Shown in pieces: positions 36,345 through 48,172 of a stretch of DNA of 64,000 nucleotides. The stretch comes from Scenedesmus sp. PABB004 (lineage: Eukaryota). The DNA lies in NCBI GenBank assembly GCA_014905635.1, contig JABVCE010000013.1, forward strand, positions 372,001 to 436,000. The letters are read 5' to 3'. How positions within the stretch are numbered: the stretch's first letter is position 1; each line of letters opens with the position of its first letter. The position numbers and the translations under genes were made by a program. Under the pieces are notes generated by a model. It saw only the letters and a list, made by a program, of their open reading frames with translations, searched no databases and was not told the origin of the DNA.

Positions 36345-36592
36345 CCTGGCGCTGCCGGTGCAGGCGGCTGGCAGCGCCCAATCGCTCAGGCCATGCCGGG
36401 CGCCGCGGGCGCTGCTGCGCGAGCGACTGCGATCGGACGGGGGCCGCCGACGAGCTGGGCGAGCTGGCGCGAACCTCGGAAGCACCTTGGCCCGAGGCGG
36501 CGGCCGGGCTGGCGCTCGGCGGCGGGCGGGGGCTCTGCAGCGCGCACGTCACGCACCCGGTCACACCGCACGCGCCGGCGACTGGCCGCCTC

Positions 36593-37997
36593 TCAAAGCG
36601 GGCACGCCGCCGCTCGCTCCTGCACCACCGCCGCGACGGCGCGCCCGGCGGCGCGGAACGCGCCGACGGCGGCCGGCACGACGCGCGCGCGCTCGCACGC
36701 GTCCTGCGAGCGCGCGGCGGCGCACGCGTCCTTGACGCGCGCGAACTCGCGCGAGAAGGCGTCGCTCCCGCGCGACGCGGTGTCGCGGTGCATGCAGACC
36801 TTGCGCGCGTCAAACGGCTCCAGCTCCCACGCGCAAAACGGCTTGGCGCCGCAGCCCGCGCTGCTGTTGTAGGCGCGCGCGCACACGGCGGCCTGCCGCA
36901 CGTAGCACGCGCCCGCGCAGTCGCCCCACACGGCGGGGCTGAACTCGGCAAAGCCCTTCTTGAGCGCGGCGACCTGCTTCACCGTGCGGTCCCCGAGCGA
37001 CGCTGGCACGCAGCCGCCGAGCGCGTCCGAGAAGGCGCAGCCGGGCACCGCCGCGCACAGGCGCTTGCCGCCCTCCGTGGCGGTGCTGCACACGCGCCAG
37101 GCGGCCGCGTCGGTGCCCGCGCACGTGAACGCCGCGAGCGTCGCGTCGCCGTCGATCACGGGCGCGCCGACCCAGTTCACCAGCTGCGGGCGCGGGGGGG
37201 GGGGGGGGGGGGCGGCGCGCGCGGCGCGGGGGGGGGGGGGGCGCTCGCCGGCAGCGCGGCGCGCACCTCGAACGCGTCCGCGCCGACGCAGCTCTTGCTC
37301 CAGTACATGCACCGGTTTGCGGCGTCGGCGTTGCAGCGCGCCTCGCTGGGGTGCCCGCTGCACACCAGGTTGCGGTCGTAGGCCAGCGCCACCGCCCTGG
37401 TGGTGCGCGCAGCGCGGCGCGGCGCGGCGCGGGGGCGAGGGCGGCCCGCGGGAGCGTCGGCGCGCCCGCCCGCGGCGCGCGGGCGCCGGCCGGCGGCGCG
37501 CCCGCGGCGCCGCCGGGTTTTCACCTGTGGAAGAGCGTGGTGGGCTTGGCGCGGAGGGAGAGGTACACGAGCTGGCTGGGGAGGCACAGCTCGCGCACGT
37601 CGCTCCAGAGGCACTGCGGCACGTCTGGCACCGTCGCGCCGGCTGCTCGCGCCGCCGCCGGCGGGGCGGCAGCGCCTGCTGCTGCTGCGGGCGCGGGCGC
37701 CGGCCGCTGCGCGAGCCGGCGGCGGTGCGCGGCGCCCTGCAGCGCGGCCAGCAGCCGCCGCAGGCCGCCCGTGAGCTGCGCCGCTGCGTCCCCGCCCGCC
37801 GGCGTCGTCGCCCCGGAGCCTGCGGCGGCGCCTGCGGCGGCGGGCGAGAGAAGGCAGGCCTGGGCGTCGCCGCGGCGCCACAGGCAGCTGCAGGCAGCCC
37901 CAGCCTCCAGCCAGCGCCTGAAGCGGCCATGGCTCACGCTGGCCTCACCTGCCAGCGCCAGCAGGCCCAGCAGCAGCCAGGGGGCGGGGCGCGGCAT
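36593..37997 (-). CDS. Secreted cysteine-rich protein, unknown family, paralogue 1
   Basis: Signal peptide MPRPAPWLLLGLLALAG; QCLWSDVRELC..|RAVALAYDRNLVCSGHPSEARCNADAANRCMY..|..WGDCAGACYVRQAAVC..CGAKPFC. Confidence 0.75.
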
Positions 37998-38364
37998 GCG
38001 CGACGCCTCCCGCGTCGAGGACTGCCGCAGACGCCCGGCGCCGCGTCGCGACGTGCGTTTGGTCCTACGACGCAGCTGCGCGGCGCGTCCGCAGGGCGAG
38101 GCGGGTGCTCTTGCGGCGCGCAGCACCCGCTGACGACGCCCGTAGCGAGGCGGGGCTGCCGTGCGACGCGCCGCGGGTCGCGTGGGCTGGTCTCTGCACG
38201 ACAAAGGTGAGCTTGGAGACCGCGGCGCGGCCGTAACACGTGCAGCGTTCGCGAACCCCGCGAGCTGATGATGCCGAGGCAGCAGCAGTCGCCCGGCGCG
38301 CCCACACTCGCCCGCCCAGCCTCCACCGCCCCAGCCATCTCTCCCGTCCTCCCACTCCATCACA

Positions 38365-39326
38365 ATGGCCCTCTCCGCCCGCACCTCCAGCCTTGCCAGC
38401 CGCGCCGCGCGCGTGCAGGTGCGCGCGCGGCCTCGCGGGGGTGGGCCCCAATCGCGGGCGACCGGGACCGCATCTCCGCGACCCCGGGGGCCGCCAATTG
38501 GCGCCGCCCCCGGGCGGGCCGCCGCGATCCATAACGCTCCGCGTCGCTGCCGCCCCGCCCCGCCCGCCGCGCCGTCCATGCAGGCGCCCCGCGTGGCGCC
38601 CGTGGCCGCGCCCCTGCGCGCGCGCAGCCTGGTGGCCTACGCCGTGGTGAGCGCGCCGCGCGGGCGGGCGCCGCGGCGCATGCCCCGCCCCGCCGGCGCT
38701 GACGCCCAGCGCCGGCCGCAGGACAAGGAGGCGGTGCTCGCCGACGTGCGCTCGATCATCTCTGAGCAGCTCGGCGCCGACCTGGACAAGGTGCGCGCCC
38801 GGGCGGGGCGTGGGGGGGCAGCTGATGGCGCTGGCCAGCGCCGCGCGCGGGCGGCGCCGCCGCCCAGGCCTGCGCCTCACCCGCGCGCCGCGCCGCGCCA
38901 GGTCGCGCCCTCCGCCAAGTTCGTGGACCTCGGCGCCGACTCCCTGGACACCGTGCGCGCGCGCGCACGGGCGCGCTGCGCGCCGCGCGGCACAACCGCC
39001 GCCGCGCCGCGCGCTGACCGCCCCGCTTCGCCGCGCCGCCGCCGCGGCGCAGGTGGAGATCATGATGGCCCTGGAGGAGAAGTTCGAGATCACCCTGGAC
39101 GAGGAGGGTGCGTGCTGAGAGGCCGCCGCGCCCGCCGCGCCGCGGCGCGGGGGCGCCCTGTTCACGGCCGCAGCGCGCTGCGGCGCCGCTGCGTCGCCGT
39201 CGCGCGCGCGCGCGCGCCCACGCCGCCGCCCCGCTGCCCGCGCGCGCCCGGCCCGCAGGCGCTGAGAAGATCAGCACCGTGCAGGAGGCGGCCGACCTGA
39301 TCGCCGCCCAGATCGCGTCCAAGTAA
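38365..39326 (+). CDS. ACP: Plastid acyl carrier protein
   Basis: Transit peptide, then DKEAVLADVRSIISEQLG..KFVDLGADSLDT|VEIMMALEEKFEITLDEE|GAEKISTVQEAADLI; DSL phosphopantetheine site. Confidence 0.97.
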
Positions 39327-40193
39327 GCAGCCCGCCGCGGCGGCAGCTGCTTCCTGGCCGGCCGGCGCGCCGCGCGCGGCGCCGGCGCGCGGGGCTGCAG
39401 CCGCAGCACGCGCGCCCGGCGCGGCGCGCCCGGCGCGCCGGCCGACGTGCCAGCCAGGGCAACAACCCGGCGGCGGACGGACGCGCGAGGTGTCAGCCTC
39501 GCGGGGCGCCGGGCGCCGGGGTGCTGGGCGGAGCGCCCCCCGCGCGCGCCGTCCGCGGCCGCCGCCGCAGCCGCGGCGGCGGCTGCGTCGGCGGGCGCGA
39601 GGGACGGCGGTGGCGGCGGCGGCGCGGCCGGCGCCGCGCGCGCCAGGCGGCGGCGCGCTCCACAGGGCGCGCGCCGCTGGCGGCGCGGCGCGCGGGCGCG
39701 CGCGCACCGTGCGGGACCCCACCTGCGGGCGTGCGCCGCAGCGGAGCCACTGCTCGCAGCGGCGCGCGCCCGCGCGTGGCGCAGGGCAGGCGGTTGAGGG
39801 TGTGTGTGTGTTGCAGCCTCCTTGACCGACCGCTGAACCATCAGCTGTACAGAATCTGAGGCTCGAGCTGGCACTTGCAGAGCGTGCCCGTGGCAGTGCA
39901 ACTACGTTTGCTCCGCTCCTCTGCGGCTGGGCTCGCCGCGCGCGCACGCGGGCAGGGACAGCGAGCAGTCGCCGCCGGTTGCCAGCGCGCGTGCTCGTCA
40001 GCAGCAGGTCTGCGCCCTCACAGAGCTCGCCGCAGTGCGTGTGCCGCCGCTGCCCCCTCGGTTCCCCCGCCAGTCGCTGCGCTCCCCTGCCCTCGACGCG
40101 CTCACACAAAAACGCCCCCAGCCCGCTCTCTCGCGCCGGCGGCCGCCGGCACACACAAAAACGCCCGGCACGCGCGCGCGCGCCGCGCCGCGC

Positions 40194-42306
40194 TCATGCC
40201 GCGACCGCGGCCGCGGCCGCGACGGCCGCAGCGACGTCGTCCTCGGTGCAGTAGATCGGGTCGGGCAGCCCCGCCACGCCCGCGAGGTGGCTGCGCAGGT
40301 TGGCCTCGAGCCGCGCCTTGTTGGCGCCCGTCGACGTGCCCACGAGCGCGCCTGCGGCGGCCGCGCGGCGAGCGGACCGTCGGCGCCCCGCTCTCTCAAC
40401 TCTCCCTCGCTCTCCCTCTCCTCGCGCCCCCCCTCCCTCGCGCGCCCCTCTCCGCGCGCGGGGCGCCGCACCGTTTCTGAAGTACAGGAACGACGGCGTG
40501 CTGCGCAGCTTGAAGTCCTTGAACAGCGCCTTGCAGCCCGCGTTGGCGTTGCCGTAGAGCTTGAGGAACACCGCGCCGCCCGCGTAGTCGGCCGCGAGCC
40601 GCTCGTACGGCTTGGCCACGCCCTTGCACGGCCTGCGGGGGGGGGGGGGGGGCGGTCAGCTGCGCGCGCGCGCGCAAGGGGCGGGCGGGCGGGGGCGGCG
40701 CGGGCGCGGCGCGGGCGCGGCGCGGGCGCGGCGCGCGCCCACCTGCACCAGGTGAGCCCGCAGAAGAGGATGACGAGCTTGTCGGCGTGCGCCGCGAGCG
40801 CGTCCTCGAGCTCGCCCGCGCTGAAGATGACGCTCACGTCGCCCTCCACAGTCTGAGGAGGGGGGTGTCGGGGCGCGGCGCGTCGGGGCGCCGGCGCCGG
40901 GGGCGCGGGCGAGGCGCGGGGGCGCCGCGCGGCGGCCCGCCGCGGGCGCCGCGCACCTGCAGCAGGCTGCCCGCGCCGGGCGTCCACGTGTCGCTGCCGC
41001 CGCCCTCGCGCGCGCTGAGCCAGGCCTGGACCTTGCGCAGGTCGAGCAGCTGGTCCTGGAACATGGCGAGGAACTCGCCAAACTCAATCTGCCCAGACTC
41101 GTCCTTGTCTGCGCGCGGCGCCGCGGCGCCGCGGCGGCGGGCGTGGGCGGCGGCCGCACGGCGCCGCGCGGTGCGGCCCCGCGCCCGTGGCCGCGCTCCC
41201 CCGCCGCGCCGCGCCGCCCGGGCGCGGGGCCCGCCGCCCTCACGACGCACCGTACTTCATAAACACCTCTGCCACCTTCTCCATCGACAGCGGTGTGCCG
41301 AGGGTCTTGAACAGCTGGCCCAGCTCCGTCGCGCCTGCGGCCCGGCCGCGGCGGCGGCCCGGCTCGCCCGCGCCGCCGCGCGCGGGCGCGCCGCCCGCCG
41401 CCCGCCGCGCGCGCCGCGCCCCTCCCCCCCCCCCCCCCCCCCTCGCCGCCGCCGCGCGCGCACCGATGGTGCCGTTGCCGCTGCCGTCCACCGCGGCAAA
41501 GGCGGCCTCGTACTCCTGGATCGCGCCCTCCAGCACGAGGCCGTCAAAGAGGAGCTGCTTGAACTCCTCGAAGTCAATGTCCCCTGGCGCGCGCGGCCGC
41601 GAGGGCGCGGCGCGGCGCGGCGCGGCGCGGCGCGGCGCGCGCGGCCCGGGCGGCGAGGTGGGCGCGCGCGCGCTGGCGTGGGCACGGCGGCGCTGGCGGC
41701 GCGGCGGCGGCGGCGGCGGCGCACCGCTCTTGTCCTTGTCGTATTTCTCCATCGCCGCGTCCAGGCTCTCCTCGGGCAGCCAGTGCTGGCGGCGGCGGCG
41801 GCGGTGAGCGCGGGCGGGCGCCGCACCGGCGGGCGGGCGCGGCGCCGCCGCGCCGCGCTGCGCCGCCGCACCTCTGCGACCATGAGCGGGTAGGCGAGCC
41901 CGCCCTCCACGCTCTCCAGCAGCACGCGCAGCTCCGCGCGGTCAATGCGGCCGTTGCTGCGCCAGCGCGGCGCGGGCGCGCGGGTCGGCAGGGCGCCGGG
42001 CGCATGCGGCGCGCGGCTCGCTGCGCGGCGGCGCGCGCACCCGTCGAGGTCGGCCATGCGGAAGCGCTGCTCCAGGTCGGTCAGCATCTCCTCGTCGGCC
42101 GGCGCGATCACGTCGGAGGCGGGCAGGGGCAGCGCGCGCGCCGCCGCGCCGCGACGCCGCTGCAGCGCCGCGCCGGTGGCGCCGCTCGTGCCGCTGGCGC
42201 CGCGCGCCCGCGCATGGAGCCGGGAGGGTCCGGCCTTGGGCGCTGCGTGGGCAGGCGCGGCCGCGCCGAACGCCCGGCGCGAGGTGCTGGCTCGCGCTGC
42301 GAGCAT
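40194..42306 (-). CDS. CRX1: Calredoxin (four EF-hands plus thioredoxin domain), plastid
   Basis: EF loops DLDG|NGRIDRAE, DKDKS|GDIDFEE, DGSGNGTI|GATE, DKDESGQIEFGE, followed by a Trx domain with WC|RPC and FLKLYGNAN..TPSFLYFRN|G. Confidence 0.9.
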
Positions 42307-42588
42307 TCCGCTGCTGCTGTTGCCGACAACAGCCTCTGAGGCTCTGCCGAGCACGGTGGCGTGCAGGGCGACTGGACTGTGGTCCGATCTGCGTGCGGGA
42401 ACGAGCGCGCGCGAGCCCTGGGTGTCAGTTGGGCCCGAGACGGGTTTGGCGTGCTCCCGCTCGCCCCTTCACACGACGCCCGCCCGGGCCCGCCGCAGCG
42501 CAGGCGCCCGGGGGAGGGGCCGCGCGCGCCGGCGGCGCCGCCGCACGCGCCGGCGCCGCTGCTGCCGCGCCCCCGGCGGCGCGCTGCG

Positions 42589-45500
42589 ATGGCGTGCGTG
42601 CTGCCGGTGAAGCCGGGCAGCGCGGGCGGGCTCACCTGGCCGATCCAAGCGGGGTGCGCGGCGCGGCGCGGCGCCGCGGCGCGGCGCGCCGCCCGCTCGC
42701 AGCCGGCGCTGCTCGCGCCCGCCGCCGGCCCACGCCGTGCCGCCGCAGGGGCGCGGCGGCCACCACCATCGACCGGGGCGCCGCGCCGCTGCTGCTGCGC
42801 GCGAGCGTGCCGGGGCTGCTGCTGCCGGCCGCCGAGGGCCGCGACCACAGCCTCGTGGCGCCGGGCGAGCTCGCCGCGCCGTACCAGTGCGCGCGGCGCG
42901 GGAGGCGCGGCGGCGCGGCGGGGGCGGCACCACCGCGCCCGCGGCCGGCCGGCCGCGGTCGTCGCCGACGCCGCCGCGCGCGCGCGCCCGCTGCTCCCGC
43001 AGGCCCGCCGACGCGGTGCGGGAGGGCCTGGCCTTCTTCGCCCGCCACCTCTCGCACGAGGGCGCCGTGCCGGCGGAGCTGCTGCAGCAGCTGCTGCTGG
43101 ACGACGTGGCCGGCGGCGGCGCGCCCGCGGCGGCGGCCGCGGCGCGCGGCAACGCGCTCGCGGCAGCGCCCGTGCGGCTCGCGAGCGGCGGCGGCGGCGG
43201 CGGCCACCCGGGCGGGGCGCTGCTGGTGCTGAGCTGCGCGGGCGCGGTCGGGCAGCTCCTCTGCCTCACGCTGGTGCGGCCGGGCGCGGTCCCGGCGCAC
43301 GCGCTCGCGGACGGCGGCGGCGCGGCGCGCGCGCCGGCGGCGGCGCCTGGCCAGCAGCCCCCGGTGCCCGTGGAGCTGGCGGCCGAGCGCGTGGCGATGC
43401 TGGACGTGGGCTCAACGGTGCACCATGTCGCGCTGCGGCCGGCCGGCAGCGGCTGGGCCGTCCCGGGCGGCGGCGGCGAGCAGGCGCAGCCGATGGCGCT
43501 GGCGCTGGTGCGCACAATGCACAAGGTCTATGTGGCAGCGGCGCTGCGCGGCGCGGGCGGCGCCTGGCGGCTGCTGCTGCTGGGCGTCGCGCGGTTCCCC
43601 GCGCCCGTGCTCGTGGCGGAGTGGCACCCCGAGCTGCACCAGGTGCTGGTCGGGACGGAGGACGGCGCCGCGTGGCTGCTCGCGGCCGGGCCGGCGGCGC
43701 TGGCGCCGGCGTTGCGGCGCGCGGCGGCGCGGCGCGCCCCGGACTCGGGTGCGGCAGCAGCGGCCGCGGCCGCGGCGGCGGCCGGCGACCCGCTCGCAGA
43801 CGGCGCCGGCGTTGCGCACCCCGACGCTGGCCTTGAGCACCTGGCGGCCGCCCGGCTGGGCCGGCTGCCCTGCTGGCCTGCGGCGGCCGGCGGCGCCGAC
43901 GCGCCGGTGCCGGGCGCGCGCCTGCTGCTGCAGTTTGGGGCGCACCCGCGCGAGGTGCTGGCGGCGTGCGGGGGCACGCTGGTGAGCCACAGCATGCCCA
44001 CGCAGGAGCAGGCGGAGCAGGCGCAGGAGCAGGAACAGCAGGCGCAGCCGGTCAGCCAGGTGGGCGCGTGGCCGGGCAGGCTGCTGCTGCAGCTGCCTGA
44101 CGGCGAGGCGGTCACGGCACTCGCGACCTGGGGCGGCGACGGCAGCGGCGGCGGTGGCGGCGACGCCGGCGGCGGCGCGCCCGGCTGCCGCACGGGCTGC
44201 GTGCACGCGCGGCACCTGCTGGCCGTGGCCACCAGCCGGCGGCTGCTGCTGCTGGACCTGCGCAAGCCGGGGCAGGAGCCCCTGCTCATATGGCAGCACG
44301 GCATGGCCGACGAGCCCCCCGTGCTGCTGTCGCTGCTGCCGACGCCGCCCCCGGCGGCGCGCGCGGCGCAGGCCTGCGGCGCGGGCTGCTTCCGCGGCCG
44401 CGCGCTGCCGCCGGGGGCCGCGGACGGCGCCGCGCCTGGGCAGGGGGAGCAGCTGCCGGCCGCAGCCGACGGCCAGGGCGGCGGCGGCGGCGGCGGCAGC
44501 CTGATCGAGAGCCTGCAGGCCCTCGACCCCACGCTGCTGCCCAGCCAGCTGCTCGCGAGCGCCAGCCAGCAGCAGCTGGGCGAGCTGGCTGAGGCGCTCG
44601 GCCTCGGCACCGAGGCAAGCCAGGTCGGCGACCCCGCGGCTGTGCTGCTGCAGGAGCTGGAGCGCCAGCGCGAGCAGCAGGGCGGGCCGGCCGCTGGCGC
44701 CGCAGCGGCCGCGGCGGCGGCCGCTGCGGCCGCCGCCGCGGCTGACGGCGGCGAGCAGCAGGCGCCCGGCGACCTGCACGGCACGCTCGTGTACGCTGCG
44801 CCCAACGGCGGCGACGTCCATGCCGTCGCGTTCAGGCTGCGCAGCCCCGAGCTGCTGCAGCCGAGCCCCGCGTCGCTGCTCGCGGGCGGCGCCGCGGCGT
44901 CGCTGGCCGGCGGCGCTGCCGCGCGGACGGCGGCGGGCGGTGCGCAGGTGCCGGGCGCGGCGGCGCTGCGGTTTGTGACTGCCGCCATGCAGGCGCTGGC
45001 GCTGCAGGCGGGCGGCGCCGCGGCGGAGCCCGCCGCCGGGACCTTCACCTCGCCGCTGGGCAGCTGGCAGCTGCCGGCGACGGTGCAGGCCACCACGCCC
45101 GGCGCGCCGCGGCAGCTGGCGCCGCCGATCAGGCGCGTCGCTGCGCGGCAGCTGCGGAAGCTGCAGGAGGCGCGCGCGGCGGCGGCTGCGGCGTGCGGCG
45201 ACCCCAGGTGCGCAAGCGCCGCGGCGGTGGTCGGCCGGCGCCCGCGGCAGCGGGCGGGCGAGGCGCGGCGGCCGGGCGCGCGGCCAAGCAGCGCCTCGCC
45301 TCGTTGTCGCTCAGGCGGCGGCGCCCTGTCGCCGTCCCTCGCAGGTCACTCACCGAGTTTGGGCACCTGCCCGGCGCCGCCCTTGACGCGGCCAAGGCCG
45401 ACGTGGCGGCGCAGGCCCTGGCGCGCATGCAGGCCGCGCCCGACCTGCAAGGCCTTGCCCTGTGCCCGCTGCCCTGGTGCTGGGCCGGCGGCGCGGCGCG

Positions 45501-45929
45501 CGCGCTGCTGCTGCGCGCCAACGCGGACGGCGACGTCCTGCTGCAGCTGTGTGCGAGCGCCAGCCCCGTGATGGCGGCGGACCGCCAGGCGGCTGCGGGC
45601 AGGGGCGGTGCCGCCGGTGCCGCTGCGGCAGCGGGGGCGGCGGGCGGAGGCGCCGCGGCGCCGTCCCTGACGCCGCTCCTGGTGCCGGCGCCGGCGGCGC
45701 TGGGCGTGGCGCAGGCGGCGGCCGCGCCGGATCGGGGCTTCGCCGCCCTCGAGGCGTGGCTGGACGGCCAGGTTGAGCCGCCCACGCTCACCACCGAGGC
45801 GCAGCTGTCCGCGAGGCCGTATGGCGCGAGGTTCAAGGAGCGGCTGCATGCGGCGCGCTCGCTGGTGCCGCTGGTGGCGCACGTGGCGGCCATGCGGCGG
45901 CTGCTCGCGCCGCCAGTGCGGGCGCAGGC

Positions 45930-45989
<60 letters not shown>

Positions 45990-46072
45990 CGAGAAGCAGC
46001 CGGGCGTCGGCGGGCCAGCCGCTGCAGGCCTGCGGCGGCAGTCGAGCCGGCAGCGACGCCAGCAGCAGTGGC

Positions 46073-46123
<51 letters not shown>

Positions 46124-47895
46124 TGCAGGTGCATCAGCAGCACCAGCAGCAGCGGCAGCAGTCGCTTGTGCGGCCGCGACGCCAGCAGGCACTGCGCCGG
46201 GCGGGGCGCCACAAGTTCGCATGGCCTGTGCCTGCAGCGGTTGCCGCCTCGCCGGCCGCGGCGCTGCTGGCGGCGGCGGCGGCCAACGGCGCTGCCAGGG
46301 CAGTGGCGGGCAGGTCAGTGTGGACGGTTGCTCTGCCGGACGCGCAGCCAGCGGCTGCAGCGGCTGGGGAGTCGGCCGACGACGCCGGCCTCGTCGCCGC
46401 GCTGCAGCAGCTGACGGCGGACACGCCCTGGCCGCTGACCCCGCTGGAGACGTGGCACCAGCTCATGCTGCAACGGCAGCGCGCACGCCCGCGCCGCCGG
46501 CGGCGGCGGCACAGCGGCAGCGGCAGCGGCAGCAGCAGCAGCAGCAGCAGCAGCGGCAGCAGCAGCAGCGACGAGGACGGCGCCAGTGAGGGCCGCGCAG
46601 AGCTGAACCAGGCGCCGGAGGGGCGGCGGCTGGAGGCGCCGCACCTGCGCCTCGCTGCGCAGCTGCTGCGGGCGCAGAGGCAGCAGCGGTTGGCCGCGCC
46701 GGCGCCGGGCGAGGGGCTGCTGCGGGACTCGGTGACGCTCGGCGAGGTGGCGGCGCCCGGCGGCCTGGGGCCGGTGCTGCAGGCAGTGCAGGCGCTGCAG
46801 CGGGCGCAGCAGGCAGAGGTAGCGACGCAGCTGACCGAGGCTGCGGCGCAGGGGGCGCCCGGCAGCGGCGCGGGCGGCGCGCAGGAGCAGGCGCCGCAGC
46901 CGCAGCTGCGCCTGCGGCCGCTGATGCTCAACTGCCAGAGCCTGCTGCCGGCAGGCGCAGTCGCGCGCGTGTGGGCGCGTCGGTCGCCGCTGGTGGGCGG
47001 TGCGCCGGCGGCGGGCGCGGCGCCGGGCGGCGGCCAGACCCGGGCGGCCGCCGTGGCGCGCGTGCTCGCGGGCGACTGCGCGCCGCGGTGCACCCTGCTG
47101 GAGCGGCCGGGTCTGCCGCTGCTCGACGTGGCACCGCGGCTCGTCCCCGACGCGGAGCCCCCGGCCGGGTCGGCGCCGACCCGGGCGCGGCCCGGCGGCG
47201 CGGCGCTGCGGCGTGCGCCGCCCGCCGCGCTGGCTGCGACGATGTCGCGCGAGGCCCAGGAGCGCTGGCTGCTGCTCGCGGACGACTGGGACGCCGCCGG
47301 CGGCGTCGGCGGCGCGCGGCCGCTCAGCGACCGGCAGCGCCGCCGCGAGGCGCGGCGGCAGCAGCGACTGCAGCAGCGGCTCCACCAGCAGCAGCAGCAG
47401 CAGCGCGCGCCGCCCGGGCCGGGCGGGCTCGACGGCAACGGCGCCAGCGCGGCGGCGGGGCCCAATTGGAAGGGGCACCGCGTGCGGTTTGAAGACGAGC
47501 TGCCGGCGACGGCCCCGCCAGGCAGCGACCCCGCCGCCGGCGCGCAGCCGGCCCTCGGCGGCGCGGCCGCGGCGGCCGCGGCGAGCCCCGCCGAGGGCGG
47601 CGCGAGCCCCAGGCCCAAGAAGCACAAGCACAGGCACCGCGGCCGCGGCGAGGAGGGCGGCGGCAGCCAGGGAGATGCGGGCGCCGCGGCGGGGGCGGCG
47701 CCGGCCGCGGGCGGCAGCCAGGGCGGCAGCCAGCCCGCGGGCTCGCAGCCGCAGTCGCAGCCGCGCTCGCTGCTGGCGTCGCTGTCGCAGCCACAGGCGC
47801 GCGGCAGCCTGCTGCTGTCGCAGCTCGGCGCGTCGCAGCAGGGCGCCGGCCGGAAGGGCGCCAGCGGCCTGCTCCCGGGCTCGCGGCGCCGGTGA
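42589..47895 (+). CDS. Large protein with TAF1C/Rrn6-like beta-propeller region and low-complexity polyQ C-terminus
   Basis: VAEWHPEL..VGTEDG, LQFGAHPREVL and LLAVATSRRLLLLDLRKP..PLLIWQHGM..PP resemble plant TAF1C; intron ~45209-45344 joins the two long ORFs; KKHKHR NLS-like motif. Confidence 0.55.
45931..46122 (+). repeat. Coding CAG microsatellites (polyQ): (CAG)19 at 45931-45987 and a second tract at ~46075-46122
   Basis: Directly visible pure CAG runs. Confidence 0.95.
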
Positions 47896-48172
47896 GCGCG
47901 CGCCGCGCCGCGGCCCGGGCCGGCTGGCTGGCGAGAGGGAGTGGAGGGCCTCTGCAGTGAGGGCCGTGGAAGGCAGGAATTGAGAGCCAACTGAACCCTC
48001 GAGCTCGGACGTCACCGCCGCTGTCCGCGCGGGTGACGGCGCGCCGCCGCGCTCTTGGCCTTCTCCCAGGCTGTAGCCAGCGCCAGGCGCGCACGCCGAT
48101 CACAATAGACAGCGCCCGGCGGCATGCTCTAGGCCGGGCCTGCAGCTGCCGGCCAACCCACCGCTCGCCGGC

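Noticed and set aside
40194..42306. EF-hand-thioredoxin fusion as a novel architecture
   Set aside because: Matches calredoxin, already described in Chlamydomonas.
45193..45571. Apparent frameshift between the two long ORFs of the TAF1C-like gene
   Set aside because: Explained by a GT-AG intron at ~45209-45344.
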